This document shows positions 19,314-30,032 of a DNA stretch of 64,000 nucleotides, one piece after another. The translations under genes were made by a program, and so were the position numbers. Origin of the DNA: Nitrosopumilus sp. (GTDB taxonomy: Archaea; Thermoproteota; Nitrososphaeria; Nitrososphaerales; Nitrosopumilaceae); contig OZ244732.1 of NCBI GenBank assembly GCA_965219345.1, forward strand, positions 1,600,001 to 1,664,000, given 5' to 3'. The notes under the pieces were generated by a model, which did not search any database, was not told the origin of the DNA, and saw only the letters and a list, made by a program, of their open reading frames with translations. Every line of letters begins with the position of its first letter. The first letter of the stretch is position 1.

Positions 19314-20291
19314 ATGAGCACCTTAGAATTTATCAGAGGGTGTCAAGAAAAAGTATTTTCCGGGATTGGGATTTCATCCGAAGATGCTGAGAAACTATTT
19401 GACACTCCAGATGAGAATCTAAAAGATTTAGCAAAGCATGCAAATGAGATTACTAGAGATTTTAATGGAAGTAAGGTTGATGTAGAGCAGTTAAACAATA
19501 TCAAAAAAAATGCATGTAGTGAAGACTGTACCTTCTGTGGACAATCCGCTTTTTTTGATACAGGGATTGAAACATACCAGTTGCCAACTCCTGAAGAGAT
19601 AGTTATAAAAGCTCAAAAAGCAAAAGATGAGGGAGCTGAATCGTATTGTCTCGTTGCTGCATGGAGAGAACCATCACCAAATGATTTTAAAAAAGTTTGT
19701 AAAATTATTGTCGAGATAAATAACAAGGTTGGAATAACTATAGAATGTAGTTTAGGTTTTCTCACTAGAGAACAGGCAAAAAAGCTGAAAGAACTCAAAG
19801 TAAAAAGATACAACCATAATTTAGAAACAGCAAAATCAAAATTTTCAGAAATTTGCACAACTCACACATACGAAGACAGATTAAATACATTAGAGATTGC
19901 AAGGAATGCAGGATTGGAGTTATGCACTGGTGGAATTATTGGACTAGGTGAAACAAGAGAACAGAGACTAGAATTGGTATTAGAATTAGCTAGATTATTC
20001 CCTGAAGAAGTAACAATTAACATGCTAGTTCCAATTCCAGGAACCCCACTTGAATTACAAACAGAACTGTCCAACTCAGAGATTCTCAGAATGTTTTCTG
20101 TGATCAGATTCCTCTTACCAGAATCAGTCATCAAAATTTCTGGTGGAAGAGAAACAAAGCTAGATGATTCTGGTGAAGAGTTACTTCAGAGTGGTGCAAA
20201 TGGAATAATTACTGCAGGTTACTTAACGATGACCGGAAATGAGGCTAAAAAAGACCTAAAAATGATAGAAAAGATTGGCCTTGAAGCATAA
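19314..20291 (+). CDS. bioB: biotin synthase
   Basis: CSEDCTFCGQS radical SAM motif, YNHNLET, SGGRE. Confidence 0.95.
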   Translation: MSTLEFIRGCQEKVFSGIGISSEDAEKLFDTPDENLKDLAKHANEITRDFNGSKVDVEQLNNIKKNACSEDCTFCGQSAFFDTGIETYQLPTPEEIVIKAQKAKDEGAESYCLVAAWREPSPNDFKKVCKIIVEINNKVGITIECSLGFLTREQAKKLKELKVKRYNHNLETAKSKFSEICTTHTYEDRLNTLEIARNAGLELCTGGIIGLGETREQRLELVLELARLFPEEVTINMLVPIPGTPLELQTELSNSEILRMFSVIRFLLPESVIKISGGRETKLDDSGEELLQSGANGIITAGYLTMTGNEAKKDLKMIEKIGLEA

Positions 20292-21405
20292 GCTGAGATT
20301 TATTGATTCAGAATTAGAGAGAATCAAGCGAAATAACCTCTACAGAAAATTGCGATATGGGAAAACAAGTGGGGCTCATATCACAATTGATGGCAAAAAA
20401 CTATTGAATTTATGTTCAAATGATTACCTAGGAATTCCATCAGTAAAGATTCAGTTCAGACATCTTCAGTCAAGCTCAAGACTTGTTTCAGGAAATGATG
20501 AATCATATAAAAAATTAGAAAACGCCCTTGCAAAACATAAATCAAAACAAAACAGTTTGATTTATCCAACTGGATATATGGCAAATCTTGGAGTAATTTC
20601 TTCAATTGCAAGAAAAGGAGACTTGATTCTCAGTGATGAGTTAAATCATGCAAGCATAATAGAATCGTGCAAGTTAACTGATGCTAAAGTTTCAATTTAC
20701 AAACATAACAATATGCAAGATTTACAAAAAAAACTCAAACAGAAAGGAAAAAACAAGTTTGTAATCACTGAAGGAATATTCAGTATGGATGGAGATTTTT
20801 CATCTTTAAAACAACTTACCGAAATCTCAGAAAGAGCAAAAGCGATTACAATTGTAGACGATGCACATGGAGATTTTGCTATTGGAAGAGATGGAAAAGG
20901 AACACCAAATTATTTCAATGTAACAAAGAAAATTGATTTGTATATTAGCAGTCTAAGTAAAGGACTTGGATCATTTGGAGGATATGTTGCATCACAAAAT
21001 AATGTAATTGATTTGTGTATCAATAAATCAAAATCATTTATCTACACATCTGCACTTCCTTCATTTTTGGTTAACCATTCCATGAAGAGGTTTGAATCAA
21101 ATAGAGAAAAGCAAAAGAAGAAACTAGAAAAAAATACCAAACAACTCTCAAAAGGACTGACACAGATTGGATATGAGATAAGTTCCTCAACACACATCAT
21201 ACCAATAATAATTGGAAGTGAAAAATCAGCAATGAACTTTGGAAAATTCTTGTTTGATAACGGAGTATTTGCACAGCCGGTCAGATATCCTACAGTACCA
21301 AAGAATCAAGCAAGATTGAGAATTTCAGTTACTGCATGGCTCTCAACAGCAAATATTGAAAAAGCACTAGAAATTTTTGAAAAGGCCTATTCAAGAATTG
21401 GATGA
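20275..21405 (+). CDS. bioF: 8-amino-7-oxononanoate synthase
   Basis: SNDYLG, DELNHAS, EGIFSMDGD, DDAHG, SLSKG. Confidence 0.93.
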   Translation: MALKHKLRFIDSELERIKRNNLYRKLRYGKTSGAHITIDGKKLLNLCSNDYLGIPSVKIQFRHLQSSSRLVSGNDESYKKLENALAKHKSKQNSLIYPTGYMANLGVISSIARKGDLILSDELNHASIIESCKLTDAKVSIYKHNNMQDLQKKLKQKGKNKFVITEGIFSMDGDFSSLKQLTEISERAKAITIVDDAHGDFAIGRDGKGTPNYFNVTKKIDLYISSLSKGLGSFGGYVASQNNVIDLCINKSKSFIYTSALPSFLVNHSMKRFESNREKQKKKLEKNTKQLSKGLTQIGYEISSSTHIIPIIIGSEKSAMNFGKFLFDNGVFAQPVRYPTVPKNQARLRISVTAWLSTANIEKALEIFEKAYSRIG

Positions 21406-21608
21406 TTACCGATAAGAATCAAAGCCAATAGGGCCAGCAGGTGACCCAACAATTACTGCAATCGTGATTATAGTCCCTAATGCTATACCTACAAGTACTA
21501 ACCGCTTATTCATATCAAAATTATGATTTTCCCAGTTAAAAATGGATTGTATAAGATTAGGAAGTGATTTGGAAGAACATTTTAAAGGAAAAATCACAAT
21601 TTTGATTC

Positions 21609-22340
21609 ATGGCAGATCCTACAATATTTGTAGCATTACTTGCTGGCCTAGGTTCATTTATTGCCCCCTGCATTCTACCAATGATTCCAGCTTTTCTTGC
21701 ATACATTTCTGGTACCACTGTTACAGAACTTGGTTCCAAAAGTGGATCTGTCCTTTCCATTAATCGAGTAAACATTGTACTGAATACTGTATTTTTTGTC
21801 TTGGGATTTTCAGTAGTATTTTCTATTCTAGGAGTTTTGATTAACAGTGTTTTTTCAAGTGCAGTTGGTGAATTTACAGAGAGTCTTAATTTTGTAGGCG
21901 GAACAATCATTGTTGCATTTGGAATTTTCATGTTGTTATCTACAAAAATTCGTTCATTAAATATAGAGAAAAAATTCTTCCCAAAAAGTTCAAAGTCAAG
22001 CTATCCAATGTCATTTGTGTTTGGTTTAGCATTTGCAGTAGGATGGACACCATGTGTTGGCCCAATACTAGGAACAATACTTACTTTGGCAGCTACCACT
22101 CCGTCTCTTTCATTTAGCTTATTACTTGCATATTCACTAGGTCTAGGAATTCCTTTCGTATTAATGGGTGTATTTTTCTCAAGGGCTACAAGGCTTATTC
22201 GTTCAATGACCAAACATCTCAAATACTATAATGTAATCTTGGGTGCATTCATTATCATTTTAGGAATTCTAGTATTTACAAATCAATTGGCATATATTGC
22301 AAATTTCCCACTTCTCAACGATTTGGTGTTACTAGGGTAA
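21609..22340 (+). CDS. ccdA: CcdA/DsbD-type disulfide-exchange membrane protein
   Basis: SFIAPCILPMIP and GWTPCVGP. Confidence 0.9.
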   Translation: MADPTIFVALLAGLGSFIAPCILPMIPAFLAYISGTTVTELGSKSGSVLSINRVNIVLNTVFFVLGFSVVFSILGVLINSVFSSAVGEFTESLNFVGGTIIVAFGIFMLLSTKIRSLNIEKKFFPKSSKSSYPMSFVFGLAFAVGWTPCVGPILGTILTLAATTPSLSFSLLLAYSLGLGIPFVLMGVFFSRATRLIRSMTKHLKYYNVILGAFIIILGILVFTNQLAYIANFPLLNDLVLLG

Positions 22341-22344
22341 TCAA

Positions 22345-23454
22345 ATGAAATCAGAAATAAAAACAGCATTAATCTTAGGAATCATAATTGCTACAGGGTT
22401 GGGCATAGTGAGTATGGTTTTTTCGTCATTTGATGAAAAATTTGAGCCGGCAAACATAATTTCTGAAGTAAATTCAACCACCAAAATTGATAAATCTGGA
22501 TTCAAAACGGCTCCAGATTTAGTCGGAATTGCCCATTACTTGAATACCACACCTGAGAAACTAAGTGAAGTGGTCAAGGACAAAGTGATACTTTATGATA
22601 TTTGGACATACAGTTGCATTAATTGTATCAGAACACTACCATACATCACCGCATGGGATGACAAATATGCAGACCAAGGGTTATTGATCATCGGAGTTCA
22701 TTCACCAGAATTTGAATTTGAAAAAGATCCTGAGAATGTAAAGATGGCAATTGAAAAATACGGTATTACTTATCCTGTTGTTTTGGATAACGATATGGAA
22801 ACATGGAAAGCATTTGAAAATAGATACTGGCCAAGAAAATACATTGCAGACCATGAAGGATACATCAGATATGATCACATTGGAGAAGGAGGATATCAAG
22901 AAACTGAAAAAATCATTCAACAACTTTTGCATGAAAGAAACACATCACTTGGGATTCAGATGGCATCAGCTGCACCACTTGTAGATATTGACGAATTTGA
23001 GCACTCAATGTTTAGAACTCCTGAATTATACTTTGGATACAAGTTTGCACAAAATAGAAACCAACTAGGAAGTGAAGAGGGATTCAAACCAGGACAAACA
23101 GTCACATATTCAGAATCGAGTAAGGCGGACTTGCACAAATTCTATCTAACAGGAGATTGGAAGAACTATCAGGACAGTATGGAATTAGTATCAGATACTG
23201 GAACCATTAAATTACAATACAATGCAAAACAAGTTAACATAGTAACTGACAATGTTGCAGAATTAGAAATATTTCTTGATGGAGAGCCAATTCCTGCAAA
23301 GTATTCAGGAGATGACATTACATCAGGAAATATGCTGATAGTCTCAGAACCAGATCTCTATAACATCATTAGCAGTGAAAATAGTTCGTCACACCTATTG
23401 GAAATACAGATCAAGGATAAAGGATTCCAGATATTCACATTTACCTTTGGATAG
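22345..23454 (+). CDS. DipZ-like redoxin (thioredoxin fold)
   Basis: WTYSCINC, GVHSPEFEFEK, NRYWP, C-terminal FTFG. Confidence 0.9.
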   Translation: MKSEIKTALILGIIIATGLGIVSMVFSSFDEKFEPANIISEVNSTTKIDKSGFKTAPDLVGIAHYLNTTPEKLSEVVKDKVILYDIWTYSCINCIRTLPYITAWDDKYADQGLLIIGVHSPEFEFEKDPENVKMAIEKYGITYPVVLDNDMETWKAFENRYWPRKYIADHEGYIRYDHIGEGGYQETEKIIQQLLHERNTSLGIQMASAAPLVDIDEFEHSMFRTPELYFGYKFAQNRNQLGSEEGFKPGQTVTYSESSKADLHKFYLTGDWKNYQDSMELVSDTGTIKLQYNAKQVNIVTDNVAELEIFLDGEPIPAKYSGDDITSGNMLIVSEPDLYNIISSENSSSHLLEIQIKDKGFQIFTFTFG

Positions 23455-23548
23455 TGTAACCGTTCCCTCTTGTCACTGGAGTTACAACAGTTGCAGTGAC
23501 AAATCTGTTTAAAACAAAAATTTGCAGTCATAACAGGGAAATTAAGGA

Positions 23549-24199
23549 ATGATAAGCAGTTCTTGGAACAAAGTAGTCGGACAGAACATATCTCAAAATG
23601 TAATTAAGAAAATAAAGCCTGATGCTCCAATCAAAAATAAGATTGATTTTGCACAAAAAAAAATAGAATTTCAGATTTCAAAATTAGAAGGAATTAATGA
23701 AAAATTAAAGAAAAAACATGATATAATTTTTGAGAGGATTGTAAATGCTCAAAAAAATAACAAAGATGGTTATGCGAAAGCATATGCAGGAGAGTTGAAC
23801 CAAATTAGAAAAATGAAGAATATGGTGGGTGGTGCAAAATTATCCATGGAACAAATCAGTCTTAGATTAAGCACAGTATCCGAACTAGGAGATGTAGTAG
23901 TGACACTTAGTCCATGTATGGCAATCATTAAAGGATTAACTCCGTCACTTAGAGGAATTATGCCAGACGCAAATGCTTCAATGCAAGAACTATCACAATC
24001 ACTTGGAGATGTAATGTCAGGCTCATCATTAAACATGAGTGACAGTATCAATGTAAGTTCTGAGACAAATGCAGATACCTTGGCAATTCTAGAAGAAGCA
24101 CATAATGTAATTGCGGGTCAGACTAAATCAACAATTCCAGAGGTTCCCAATAGTCTCAAACATCAAATAGTTGAGAGAAAATCAGACGTACTCATCTAA
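23549..24199 (+). CDS. cdvB: CdvB/ESCRT-III (Snf7-like) cell-division protein
   Basis: Coiled coil with AKAYAGEL..IRK and LRLSTVSELGDVV..LSP, typical of thaumarchaeal CdvB paralogs. Confidence 0.8.
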   Translation: MISSSWNKVVGQNISQNVIKKIKPDAPIKNKIDFAQKKIEFQISKLEGINEKLKKKHDIIFERIVNAQKNNKDGYAKAYAGELNQIRKMKNMVGGAKLSMEQISLRLSTVSELGDVVVTLSPCMAIIKGLTPSLRGIMPDANASMQELSQSLGDVMSGSSLNMSDSINVSSETNADTLAILEEAHNVIAGQTKSTIPEVPNSLKHQIVERKSDVLI

Positions 24200-24215
24200 A
24201 ATTTTTAGTCAATCT

Positions 24216-24557
24216 TTATTTTGATCTCTTTTTACTTTTCTGAACTAGAATTTTCTTTATTCTAGAAATTGTAGGATAACTATATCCATGTCGACGATAA
24301 TTTGATATCATCATCTTCCAATTCTTTAACCTCCATTGAGCTTGCTCAGTGGTGACAGAATGAACCTCTTTTTGAATAATGCTTTTTCTTCCCACTTTTA
24401 GAGTTCCAGCGTCTTTTGCAGACCACCTATTCTTGGCAAATTTTAGTCCTGATAGGATCTCCTCTACAGGCATTTCTTTGAAATATTCTTTAAGTTTTTT
24501 TAGTTCCATGTCTGAAGGTTTTTTAGAAATCGGTAGCTCAATGGTAGGTTTTACCAT
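24216..24557 (-). CDS. conserved hypothetical basic protein
   Basis: 113-aa ORF, core-like composition. Confidence 0.7.
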   Translation of the reverse strand: MVKPTIELPISKKPSDMELKKLKEYFKEMPVEEILSGLKFAKNRWSAKDAGTLKVGRKSIIQKEVHSVTTEQAQWRLKNWKMMISNYRRHGYSYPTISRIKKILVQKSKKRSK

Positions 24558-24801
24558 GAAATTTCTAATGGGTTATGCTTTAAGAGAATCTTGCTAAACC
24601 AGATTTAACTAAAACAGGAAATAATTGGAAAAGATTTGATAAGCTCTAACAACTGAAAGGAATGTTTGCATTTTTGCATATTGTGTTGTACATTCCAAAT
24701 GCAAGGATCAAAGTTGCAAAAGCTGCCAAAGGAATTAAGATGAAAATGTTTGTTTTTCGACCCATAATCAAAATTAGATGTATGCCTATAAAATTGTCAC
24801 A

Positions 24802-25218
24802 TTAGTCAACCGTGATAGTAAAGGTACCTTTTGTTTTTGGATCTTGCAATAATGAAACCATCTCTCTTGGTAACAGATCAGATGCCTTGTCACATTTAAC
24901 AGCCAGAGTTCTTGGACATATGAAGTCACTTTTTCTTATGACTATATCTTCAGAATGAGTAAGGATCAAATCAGAGTGACCTTTTCCTTCTATTACAAAC
25001 TCATACTCTCCAACACAAATTGAGAAAGTTACTTTAGCACCAGATGCTTTTAGTTTGTCTTTTAATTCTTGAGGCAAGTCAGCGCAGCCTGAAGTTGCAC
25101 TAACACCAACTATACAATCTCCTTGAGGTGTTAAGTGAGACTCTTTTGTAATCTCGATAGTTTTTTGGTGATTTGATCTAATACTTTTATTTCCAGAAAA
25201 TTGAATTTCAAATCTCAC
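24802..25218 (-). CDS. DUF371 domain protein
   Basis: TIEITKE..LTPQGDCIVGV, IVIRKSDF..PRT. Confidence 0.88.
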   Translation of the reverse strand: MRFEIQFSGNKSIRSNHQKTIEITKESHLTPQGDCIVGVSATSGCADLPQELKDKLKASGAKVTFSICVGEYEFVIEGKGHSDLILTHSEDIVIRKSDFICPRTLAVKCDKASDLLPREMVSLLQDPKTKGTFTITVD

Positions 25219-25270
25219 GCCAAATCTAATAGGCTAGACTTAAATTAAACTTTCAAAGCATTGGAATCAA

Positions 25271-26008
25271 ATGCTTCCCCAGCAACAAGGTTATGATAGA
25301 GCAATTACAGTATTTTCACCAGACGGTAGACTTTACCAGGTAGAATATGCCATTGAGACTGTTAAAAGGGGAACAATAGCAGTTGGTGTAAAATGTAAAG
25401 ACGGCATAGTAATCGCAGTCGAAGAAAAACCTAGGAAATTACAGATATCTGAAACGGCGCAAAAGATTTTCCAAGTTGATGATCATGTTGGAGTTGCAGC
25501 AGCAGGATATATCCCAGATGCAAGAAGTCAGGTTGACAATGCAAGATTCTTTTCACAAAGTAACAAAATGATTTATGATGAACCAGTTGAGGTTGAAACG
25601 ATTGCAAAACATTTAGCTGATCAGTGTCAACAATATACACAATATGCAGGTGTAAGACCTTTTGGTGTTGCGCTTATTTTAGGGGGAGTGGTGAATAAAA
25701 TACCACAAATGTATCTAACTGACCCTAGTGGTACATACATCTCTTATGACGCAATTGCAATTGGTGCAACTTCTGAAGAGGTAAATGACTTTTTAGAAAA
25801 AAGTTACAAAAATTCTCTTTCGCTAGATGACGCTTCTGTATTAGCTGCAGCAGGAATTTATCTAGCAAGTGAAGATAAAGAAGGAGCAGATCACATCAGA
25901 ATGGCACATGTCAAAACAGAAACAGGGTTATATGAAATACTTTCTAACGGGCAGATTACGAGTTTTGCAAATACTGCTAAAGAAAAATATCCACATAACC
26001 AAAAATAA
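25271..26008 (+). CDS. psmA: proteasome alpha subunit
   Basis: GYDRAITVFSPDGRLYQVEYA signature. Confidence 0.97.
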   Translation: MLPQQQGYDRAITVFSPDGRLYQVEYAIETVKRGTIAVGVKCKDGIVIAVEEKPRKLQISETAQKIFQVDDHVGVAAAGYIPDARSQVDNARFFSQSNKMIYDEPVEVETIAKHLADQCQQYTQYAGVRPFGVALILGGVVNKIPQMYLTDPSGTYISYDAIAIGATSEEVNDFLEKSYKNSLSLDDASVLAAAGIYLASEDKEGADHIRMAHVKTETGLYEILSNGQITSFANTAKEKYPHNQK

Positions 26009-26040
26009 TTACTTTTAACTGCTTGTGAGATTAAATTACG

Positions 26041-26853
26041 TTGAAATTATCAGTCGCCATTCCCGAATCAGCACTATCTGATGATTCACTCAAGATTGAC
26101 AAAACTAGAAAAATATCAGTTCTAGCAAGGGCTTGTTCTATTTTTAAAATAGATACAATCTATGTCTACCAAGACGGAGACAACAAACAGGATGGAAGTC
26201 TGCTAGTAATGATTTTAAAATATTTAGAAACACCACAATTTTTGAGAAGAAGGTTATTTCCTAAAATAAATGATCTAAAGTTTGCAGGCGTACTTCAACC
26301 ACTAAAAATTCCCAGCCACATAACACCAGCAAATCCAAAAAAGATCAATAGAGGAGATGTAAGAGAAGGAATTGTGGTCAGCATAAAAGGGAAAAGATTT
26401 GTGGACGTTGGAATAAACCAATTAGTACAATTTTTTGGCAAGACTTCAATAGGAAAAAGAGTTACAGTTCAATTCAAAGAAGGTTATCCCAAATTTTCAG
26501 TAAAGGAGATCAACAAAAATGAAGTTCTTACTTATTGGGGATACTCAGTCAAAGAGAGGGCAAACTTGTTTTCTCTATTAAATGAGTGGAAGGGAAACAT
26601 AATAATCACATCTAGAAAAGGAAAAACTGCAACAAAAGAACAGATTTCTAAATATACAAAATCAGAACAACCAACACTAATAGTATTTGGCTCTCCTGAA
26701 AGAGGAGTTCATGAAATATTGGGAGGGAGAATGAAAAATGTACAAAATGCAAAGACTCTAAATTTTTTCCCAGATCAAGCCACTCAAACCGTACGTCTAG
26801 AAGAAGCATTACTTGGAACATTAGCAATAATTAATGCTCAAAGAACATCGTAA
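26041..26853 (+). CDS. SPOUT RNA methyltransferase (MTH1/C9orf114-like)
   Basis: YLETPQFLR, FAG.L.PL.IPSH, PDQATQTVRLEEA; conserved position before rpl3. Confidence 0.88.
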   Translation: MKLSVAIPESALSDDSLKIDKTRKISVLARACSIFKIDTIYVYQDGDNKQDGSLLVMILKYLETPQFLRRRLFPKINDLKFAGVLQPLKIPSHITPANPKKINRGDVREGIVVSIKGKRFVDVGINQLVQFFGKTSIGKRVTVQFKEGYPKFSVKEINKNEVLTYWGYSVKERANLFSLLNEWKGNIIITSRKGKTATKEQISKYTKSEQPTLIVFGSPERGVHEILGGRMKNVQNAKTLNFFPDQATQTVRLEEALLGTLAIINAQRTS

Positions 26854-27058
26854 CATGCCAGAAAAAAAGAATTTTTTATTATTGGCAATTATGATGGGAG
26901 CAGCAGGAATTATAATTGGAGGATTTACTATCTGGAACATGGCATTAGATTTATTCAAGCCATAATGATTTCAGGCATAGTTGGTTAACCAGTATTTTTA
27001 ATATGGTTAACGATATCTCATATGGTTTAATAGAGGGCAATCGAGATGCGACATAACC

Positions 27059-28051
27059 ATGGGAGCTCGAAAACGCCATTCACCACGTAGGGGAAGCCTT
27101 GCATACTCACCTAGAGGACGTGCTAAAAGTATGGAAGCAAGGATTAGAGCATGGCCAAAATTAGATTCGGAAGAACCAAAAATTTTAGCTCATTGTGGTT
27201 TCAAAGCAGGATGTGTCCAAATTGTAAGTATTGACGATCGTGAAAAGACACCAAACGCAGGAAAACAACTTGTTAGTCTTGGAACAGTCCTTGTAACACC
27301 ACCAGTACTAATTTTAGGCATTAGAGGATATTCAAAAGATCATGACGGATTACATGCAGAATTTGATGTGTATGCAGATGATATTCCAAAATACATTACA
27401 AAAGAAATTACATTAAAAAATAAGGAAGGAGCACTAGAAAATGCAGAAAAAAGATTAAGGAGGATTAAAGAAATCTTTGCAATAGTTGCAGTTTCACCAC
27501 GCGCAGCTGGATTAGAACAAAAGAAACCATATGTGTTTGAAGCTTCAGTTAGTGGCGGAGACATTCAAAAACAATTTACTCATGTTAAAGAATTACTTGG
27601 AAAAGAAATTAAGATTGATCAAATTTTTGAACTTGGTTCAAGTGTTGATGTTGCTGCAATTACTAAAGGCAAGGGATGGCAAGGTGTCATTCAAAGATGG
27701 GGTGTAAAAAAGAAACAACACAAATCAAGGAAAACAGTTAGAGAAGTAGGTTCACTTGGCCCAATCTCTCCACAAAGTGTCATGTATACAGTTCCAAGGG
27801 CCGGGCAGATGGGATTCCATCAAAGAATAGAGTATGATAAACGAATTATGATTATAGGAAACACAGATGATGATCAAATTAAAATTAACCCAGAGGGCGG
27901 ATACAAACACTTTGGATTAGTTAAAGGAGATTTTATTGTTGTAAAAGGTTCAGTTCCTGGAACATATAGAAGATTAATCAAACTAAGAAGTCAGATTAGA
28001 AATGCTCCGGTCAAAGCTCTCAAACCAAACATTTTGGAGGTAGTAGTGTAA
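27059..28051 (+). CDS. rpl3: 50S ribosomal protein L3
   Basis: PRRGSL, TKGKGWQG, GQMGFHQR. Confidence 0.97.
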   Translation: MGARKRHSPRRGSLAYSPRGRAKSMEARIRAWPKLDSEEPKILAHCGFKAGCVQIVSIDDREKTPNAGKQLVSLGTVLVTPPVLILGIRGYSKDHDGLHAEFDVYADDIPKYITKEITLKNKEGALENAEKRLRRIKEIFAIVAVSPRAAGLEQKKPYVFEASVSGGDIQKQFTHVKELLGKEIKIDQIFELGSSVDVAAITKGKGWQGVIQRWGVKKKQHKSRKTVREVGSLGPISPQSVMYTVPRAGQMGFHQRIEYDKRIMIIGNTDDDQIKINPEGGYKHFGLVKGDFIVVKGSVPGTYRRLIKLRSQIRNAPVKALKPNILEVVV

Positions 28052-28863
28052 TGAAGGCAACGGCATACACAACTACAGGTACAAAAGATGGAGAAGTAGA
28101 ACTTCCACTTGTGTTCTCAACTCCATTTAGAAGAGAGTTAATTCACAAGGCTTTCACCAATCTGACTTCACACAAATTCCAACCACAGGGTAGACACCCA
28201 ACTGCGGGTCAAGATGTTGTGGCAGACTCAAATGATCCTCCTACAGGTCAAGGCGTATCTCGTGTTGCCAGAGCACAAGGTGGAGGAGGCGGAAGACAAG
28301 GTCAAGGTGCAGAAGTTGCATCCACTAGAGGAGGAAGACAAGCACACCCACCTATTGTTGGGAAGATAATTTACAAGAAACTAAACAAAAAAGAAAACAA
28401 ACTAGCATTGTGTTCTGCAATTGCAGCAACTGCATCAAAAGATCTCGTAGAATCACGCGGTCATAAAGTTGAAGGTATTGAATCATTCCCAATAATAGTA
28501 TCAGACGATATTGAATCAATTTCTAAGACTAGTGAAATCTCCAGAGTATTAGATTCACTAAACCTATCACAGGACATTAAGAGATTAGAATCAAGAAAAA
28601 TCCGTTCTGGACAATCAAGACTCAGAGGGAGAACCAAGAAAGTCGGGAAGAGTATTTTGTTTGTAACAGTAGATTCCTCAAACATAAGAAAAGCAATAGG
28701 TGCGCTGCCGGGGGTAGAAGCAATAAATGTCAAGGACTTGAGCGTCTTAGATTTGGCACCAGGTTCTGATCCAATTAGACTAACAGTGTATACCAAATCA
28801 GCAATAAAAGAGATTGGAAAGATTAAATCAACACATCTGGAGTTAATGGTGAAAACACAATGA
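28051..28863 (+). CDS. rpl4: 50S ribosomal protein L4
   Basis: GGRQAHPP, LAPG, operon order. Confidence 0.96.
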   Translation: MKATAYTTTGTKDGEVELPLVFSTPFRRELIHKAFTNLTSHKFQPQGRHPTAGQDVVADSNDPPTGQGVSRVARAQGGGGGRQGQGAEVASTRGGRQAHPPIVGKIIYKKLNKKENKLALCSAIAATASKDLVESRGHKVEGIESFPIIVSDDIESISKTSEISRVLDSLNLSQDIKRLESRKIRSGQSRLRGRTKKVGKSILFVTVDSSNIRKAIGALPGVEAINVKDLSVLDLAPGSDPIRLTVYTKSAIKEIGKIKSTHLELMVKTQ

Positions 28864-29126
28864 ATGTAGATCAAGCAAGTAGAGTTATTGTCAAGCCATA
28901 CATTACAGAAAAAACATTCGCGATGGTAGAAAATGAAAGTAAAGTTTGTTTCATTGTGGAAATTTCAGCAACTAAACCACAAATCGCTGAGGCAGTGAAA
29001 ATACTTTACAAAGAAGACGTTACCAACGTTAACACTGCAAGAACAATTTATGGTAAAAAGGCATTTGTTCAGTTTGAGACTACAGCAAAAGCCAGGGATT
29101 TGGCAACAAAGATAGGAATGCTATAA
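28860..29126 (+). CDS. rpl23: 50S ribosomal protein L23
   Basis: PYITEK, KKAFV. Confidence 0.95.
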   Translation: MNVDQASRVIVKPYITEKTFAMVENESKVCFIVEISATKPQIAEAVKILYKEDVTNVNTARTIYGKKAFVQFETTAKARDLATKIGML

Positions 29127-29170
29127 TATGGACCGTAAAACTCGAAGTACATTAACAGAGGAGAAGAAGG

Positions 29171-29566
29171 ATGGTTAAACAATTTTCATACAGAGGAATT
29201 CCAAAAGAGGAGTTAGAAGACACATCTTTAGAGAAATTATTCAAATTATTCAATTCCAGACAAAGAAGATCTCTCACTAGGGGCATTACTGACGGAAAGA
29301 GAAAGCTGATCGATGAGATTAAAGCATCAAAAGCAGGTAAATTAAAGAATCCTATCAAAACTCACCTAAGAGATTTGATTATTCTGCCATACATGGTGGA
29401 TGTCACAGTAAATGTTTTTTCAGGAAAAGAATTTGTTCCAGTCGTAATCAAAACAGAAATGATTGGACATTATCTGGGAGAATATGTCATAACAAACAAG
29501 AAAGTTTCACATGGAGCGCCAGGTGTGGGAGCATCAAGATCCAGCCTCTATGTACCATTAAAGTGA
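29171..29566 (+). CDS. rps19: 30S ribosomal protein S19
   Basis: KTHLRD, MIGHYLGEY, VPLK C-terminus. Confidence 0.96.
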   Translation: MVKQFSYRGIPKEELEDTSLEKLFKLFNSRQRRSLTRGITDGKRKLIDEIKASKAGKLKNPIKTHLRDLIILPYMVDVTVNVFSGKEFVPVVIKTEMIGHYLGEYVITNKKVSHGAPGVGASRSSLYVPLK

Positions 29567-29571
29567 TTATT

Positions 29572-30030
29572 ATGGGCAGATTCGGTTACGCTTTCCAAAA
29601 TTACGATTCAACAAGACATGTACGTTCTTCATTGAGAGAAAAAGACATTTCACATAAACATGCACGTGAAGTAGCAGTTGCAGTCAAGGGATTGTCAATT
29701 GAAAAAGCAAGAGATTACTTGCATGCAGTAATTCACAAAGACAGAGCTGTTGCATTTAGACGATTCAAAAACCAAGTAGGGCATAGAGCAGATCCTGGAA
29801 TGATGTCAGGACGTTATCCACAAAAAACAGCAAAAGAATTCATCAAAGTTTTAGATAATTTAGAATCAAATGCAGAATACAGAGGAATGGATTTAGATAG
29901 ATTGAAAATTATAAACGCAACTGTTCACAAAGGAGTAACGATAAAAAGATTCATTCCAAGAGCAATGGGAAGAGCGACTCCTAAAAACGATGTATTAACT
30001 CATGTAGAATTGGTAGCCCAGGAGATTTAG
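29572..30030 (+). CDS. rpl22: 50S ribosomal protein L22
   Basis: GRYPQK, NAEYRG, PRAMGRA; ATG at 29572 preferred. Confidence 0.95.
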   Translation: MGRFGYAFQNYDSTRHVRSSLREKDISHKHAREVAVAVKGLSIEKARDYLHAVIHKDRAVAFRRFKNQVGHRADPGMMSGRYPQKTAKEFIKVLDNLESNAEYRGMDLDRLKIINATVHKGVTIKRFIPRAMGRATPKNDVLTHVELVAQEI

Positions 30031-30032
30031 AA

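Noticed and set aside
17168-21405. Full bioDABF cluster in an archaeon
   Set aside because: Already known from marine ammonia-oxidising archaea
29127-29170. rpl2 absent between rpl23 and rps19; cluster ends at rpl6
   Set aside because: To my knowledge this split arrangement is normal for Nitrosopumilus
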